Below are positions 59,845-64,000 of a DNA stretch of 64,000 nucleotides, one piece after another. Positions within the stretch are counted from its first letter, which is position 1; each line of letters begins with the position of its first letter. Location: the NCBI GenBank assembly GCA_964658305.1, contig OZ210885.1:26350001-26414000 (forward strand). Direction: 5' to 3'. The translations under genes were made by a program, and so were the position numbers. Origin of the DNA: Leptogorgia sarmentosa. Lineage: Eukaryota. The notes beneath the pieces are model-generated. The model made no database searches and had not been told where the DNA came from. It saw nothing but the letters and a program-made list of their open reading frames with translations.

Positions 59845-59926
59845 TGGCAGTGGTGGGATTCGAACCCACGCCATCGAAATGACTGGTGCCTTAAACCAGC
59901 GCCTTAGACCACTCGGCCACACTACC
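59845..59926 (-). tRNA. tRNA-Leu(AAG)
   Basis: Intact cloverleaf. Confidence 0.93.
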
Positions 59927-60159
59927 GCTGTAATTTTCTCCTTGGCAATGAAGAAACAGTCGTCCTAGCTCAACCAAAATGCTGTAGTTACCAGTAATAA
60001 TTTTTCCACGAAAATTGAATTGGAGAAGTGGGGTTGTACCCCACGCCATCGAAATGACTGGCGCTACAAATGCTACAAACGATGTTGCCGGGAATTGTAA
60101 GAAAAGGTTAAGGTTATTATTGATATCAATGAAGTCTGAAATACAAAAACTAATTCTTC

Positions 60160-60231
60160 TGCGTTGACCGGGAGTCGAACCGGGATCCATTGCTTGGAAG
60201 GCAACAATGCTAGCCATTACACCATCAACGC
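60160..60231 (-). tRNA. tRNA-Gly(TCC), variant
   Basis: One T-stem mismatch. Confidence 0.82.
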
Positions 60232-60319
60232 CTTGTTAATTCCCTCTTCTTTTGTATATTTGTATTCTCTTCGAAGCGGTATGATGTAGGAAAAAGTAAA
60301 AATTCATCCAGTACGTTCT

Positions 60320-60421
60320 TGTCAGGTGTGGGACTCGAACCCACGCCCACAAATGTGGACCAGAAACCTTAAGCCGAGTTCTTCTTAAGTCTGGCGCCTT
60401 CGACCGCTCGGCCAACCTGAC
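60320..60421 (-). tRNA. tRNA-Leu(TAA) with 18-nt intron
   Basis: Intron AAGAACTCGGCTTAAGGT; stems intact. Confidence 0.87.
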
Positions 60422-61551
60422 TTGATGTTTTCTTCTTGGTGTAATCTTCAAAAAGCTCGGCTGAAGGGCAAACTTGGGAAATGAAGTTTGCTTCTTGGCA
60501 ACAGCCTAGACATTTTTTTGTTAATCTAGTTATTTGAATAGTTAATAAAAACGGGTTCTGTGGTGTAATGGTCAGCACTTTTGACTCTGAATCCATGAAT
60601 CCGAGTTCAAGATCACAAAGAACAATTTTGGAAACGGCTTTTTTTGTAATTCAGCCAACTAATTCACTTCTTCCCAACAAAACAAAGTATTTATGTACTA
60701 CCTTCATCTGAGTTTTCTGATTGTGTACACAATTGTTTTTTTTGGCAGTGGTGGGATTCCAACCCAGGCGCCTTAGACCACTCGGCCACACTACCGTTGT
60801 TATTCCTCTTTTTGGCAATGAAGAAACAGTCGTCTTACCTAGGAAATTGTACTGTAGTTCATCTAATTACCGACACCTGGAACAAGCGGCATAGGCAACT
60901 CCGCCACACTAACGCTGTTATTTCTCTCGTTTGCAATGAAGAAAACGTCGTATCCATCAAGCAAAAATTCCTCTCGTTACCTGCAAAATAATGAGAAGAA
61001 AATATTTTGGTATCGGTGGGAATCGAACAACGGCATTGAAATGACTGGTGCCTTAAACCTGCGCCTTAGACCATTCGGCCTCACAACAGCTGTAATTCCT
61101 CTGGTTGGCAATGAAAAAACCGTCATATCCCTATGTGCACACAAGAAGGCTTTTGTGCCACAGGCCCTGTGGTCCAATGGATAAGGTGTCTGACTAGGAG
61201 CCAACAGATTCCAGGCTTGGATCCTGGCAGGGTCGTTTTTTATCAACAATGCTAGCCATTACACCATCAACGCTGTGTTAATTCCGTCTTTTCTTGTACA
61301 ATATTTGTAGTCTTTTCGAAACGGTATGATGTAGGAAAAAGTAAAAATTCATCCAGCACGTTCTTGTCAGGTGTGGAATTCGAACCCACCCCACAAATAT
61401 GGACCAGAAGGCCAACCTGACTTGATGTTTTCTGCTTGACTGTAATTTTCAAAATCTCGCCTGGACAAAACTTTGGAAATGAAGTTTACATCTTGGGAAA
61501 AACCAAGAACGTTTTTTGGTAATCTGTTTAATTGAATAGTGAATTAAAACC

Positions 61552-61623
61552 GGTTCTGTTGTGTAATGGTCAGCACTTTGGACTCTGACTCCAAGAATCC
61601 GAATTCAAGTCTCGGCAGGACCT
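61552..61623 (+). tRNA. tRNA-Gln(CTG), variant
   Basis: Full length; G53 changed. Confidence 0.75.
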
Positions 61624-62196
61624 TCGATATTTATGTCGATACTGGACACAAAGAACAATTTTGGAAACCGGCTGTTTTTCTAATCCTGCCAACTATTTCA
61701 CTTCTTCCCATTGGGTATAATAAAACAAGGTATTTATGTACAACTTGACGTTTTGTACTGGATGTAATCTTCAAAACCACACTTGAAGGGCAAACATGGG
61801 AAATGAAATTTGCATCTTAGGAACAGCCAAGACAGTTTTTTGTTAATCTATTTATTTGAATAGTGAATAAAAACTGGTTCTGTGGTGTAATGGTTAGCAC
61901 TTTGGACTCTGAATCCAAGAATCCGAATTGTGGATCTTGGACATAAAAACCAATTTTGGAAACTATTTTTGAATCCACGCAACTCATTCACTTCTTCCTA
62001 TTGTGTATAATAGAACATGGTATTTACGTATTATCTTCATCTGAGTTTTCTGATTGGGTAGACAAAACCAGCGCCTTAGACAACTCGGCCACACTAGCGG
62101 GTTCGTTTTTTATCTGTCTTTGTCTTCAACCGGGAGGTGATTGGTTCGTTACAAGAATTAGAATTTCTTGATATTCAGAGGGCGTAGGTACTTGGT

Positions 62197-62269
62197 GGCC
62201 TCATGGCCTAAAGGATAAGGCGTCTAACTTCGGATGAGAAGATTCCAGGTTCGAATCCTTGTGGGGTCG
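62197..62269 (+). tRNA. tRNA-Arg(TCG), variant
   Basis: Loop ctTCGga; two stem mismatches. Confidence 0.78.
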
Positions 62270-62312
62270 CAGTCTGCTATCTTTTCTCTCTTTCTACGTT
62301 TGGATGAGAAAT

Positions 62313-63730
62313 ATATTTTTCCGCGCTTTGGAACAATTAGCGGAAAAATATGCTCTTATCGTTATGAATGCCCATGGAACTTGGGAGTCTATTTAACGCG
62401 TGGTTGTATGTCAATATTCATCTTGGTGTCTTCGCTGGAGATTTTTGCAAGTTACTTAATTTCATCGGTTTGTCGGTTATCCTTTGGTTGTATATGGCTG
62501 AAGCTCAGCAAGACGAAGCCAGTGAGTCTGCGGCTACAAATTTTCTTCCTGCCGATCTTGGTGCTATTTTAGAAGCGCAAAAGAATGCCATTATTTCGGC
62601 TGTAAGCTCGCAAATTCATAATCTTCAAAGTAGCTTATTATCAGCACAAGCTGATTTGTCGACTCAGATAGTGTCCGAGATACAGCCGGATACCTACGCC
62701 TTTAAGAAGTAAGGGAATGACCAACAGTTCATTTTCTACCGCAAAGTTATCAAGAAGATCAATTCAGCGTTAACAGCTTTGGAAGGTCCGAATATTGCCA
62801 AAGCTAAAGAGGAGCTTTCTGAAGGTATTTCTTTACTTAATAATAGGCAGAAATCTTATTAAATTAGCGGACAAGTCCGAATACGGATGAGCTACGCTTC
62901 AAGAATATCTAGATGATGAATTGGCTGACGATGAAGCTGACGCCTCTAAAATCAAGAAAGCTGAAAAACGAGCAGGGGTTCGCATTAAGTCGTTACAAGA
63001 GAAGGGTGTAGATGCATTTGTCATGGATTTGCGAGGTGAGAACGATTACGTATGTCCCCCGATTTGTCTTATTCCTCGTGTTCATTTACATTATTATGCA
63101 TGGCTAATTGTAAAGCCTTAGGGACTATTGTTATACCGCTTTGTATTGAGCGCCTTTTTGGCCAATGATATGTGACGAAGTCAATACCTTCAAAGAGTTT
63201 GTTGTCCATTGTACGGATCTACCACCTGGCAAAAACGCATTTATTCCTGGCAAATGTGGCGGCAATTTTGGAAACCAAGACTTAAAATTTAGAATGTTGG
63301 CTTTACGGCTCGAATTGACCTGTAAATGCATGCGTGTCGAACGGCTGAGTACTCTCAAAATCACTTTGTTGTATTTTTTTTCCAGCCTAATTTTATATTG
63401 AGTGTTATACTGGGCTGATCCTCTGTACAAATTATATTGTTGTTTTTTGTTCCCTTCTTTGTACTCTTGGAGTGTGCATCCTCCAGTGAGCACGCGGTGG
63501 CAAGGAATGTTATGCTTTGGTGTTTTTGCATGATGCATGGGTTTAGAATTCAGTTACATGAATATATATAAGAGATGTATTTTTCCGCGCTTTGGTACAA
63601 TTAGCGGAAAAATATGCTCTTATCGTTATGAATGCGCATGGGACTTGGGAGTCTATTTAAGGCGTGGTTGTATGTCAATATTCATTCTTGGTGTCTTCGC
63701 TGGAGGTTTTTGCAAGTTACTTAATTTCAT
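62313..63730 (+). mobile_element. Internally deleted DIRS-superfamily element bounded by ~152-bp direct repeats
   Basis: Repeats at ~62314-62465 and ~63578-63730. Gag-like remnant (FKK*GNDQQF..IKLADKSEYG*ATLQEY..LADDEAD..KAEKRA) is fused to a methylase-like remnant (GVDAF..GENDYVCPP..LIPRV). Confidence 0.7.
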
Positions 63731-63869
63731 ACTTAACTTAAGATGACGGGATTCAGCTTGTGTCTTGTGGACCCCCCACCTGTGTTAATAAAAGGAATTA
63801 TCTATGGCTGACCGGAAGGAATTATCTGGTGTATCGGATGAATAGGACGATTGTACCTTTTTAAAGGCC

Positions 63870-64000
63870 CATCTCTGCCTTTATCGAAGGGAACATCTGT
63901 GCCCAGAATTTAGGGACCATCTGTGCCCAGAATTTAGGGACCATCTGTGCCCAGAATTTAGGGACCATCTGTGCCCAGAATTTAGGGACCATCTGTGCCC
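63870..64000. repeat. 24-bp tandem repeat CATCTGTGCCCAGAATTTAGGGAC
   Basis: About 4.5 perfect units from 63894, one degenerate unit from 63870; runs off the right edge. Confidence 0.95.

Larger units (their letters stand above)
50144..62269. repeat. tRNA gene cluster B (Arg-ACG/TCG, Ile-AAT, Gln, Gly-TCC, Leu-TAA/AAG/CAG)
   Basis: About 45-50 copies and fragments in direct and inverted modules. Confidence 0.95.

Noticed and set aside
50000..62300. Recurrent short ORFs such as HLWAWVRIPHLT
   Set aside because: They are translations of repeated tRNA genes.

Overview
Eukaryotic, AT-rich, repeat-dense DNA. It is probably from a marine invertebrate such as an anthozoan cnidarian; this is an inference from the repeat families. 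No intact host protein-coding gene is visible. Layout: (1) 1-4956, a 19-bp satellite with higher-order blocks, followed by a DIRS retrotransposon fragment. (2) ~6.7-24.8 kb, tRNA cluster A, about 55-60 genes, pseudogenes and fragments of 12 isotypes in shuffled and inverted modules. (3) ~25-50 kb, nested transposons: L2/CR1-type LINEs, a Penelope-like element whose inverted 3' copy carries a complete hammerhead ribozyme, several MITEs, a Tc1/mariner deletion derivative and three decayed spliced genes that the ORF track misses. This zone also holds an apparently intact 4116-bp ISL2EU-type DNA transposon with 52-bp TIRs, an AT target duplication, a THAP-DDE transposase and a convergent spliced SAP-SWIM-YqaJ exonuclease gene, inserted in a LINE. 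(4) ~50.1-62.3 kb, tRNA cluster B (Arg, Ile, Gln, Gly-TCC, Leu), including an intron-containing Leu-TAA family and anticodon-shifted Gly copies, interrupted by a hAT element. (5) An internally deleted DIRS-like element and a 24-bp TTAGGG-containing tandem repeat at the right edge. All calls were made by eye with no database searches, and counts of degenerate tRNA copies are approximate.
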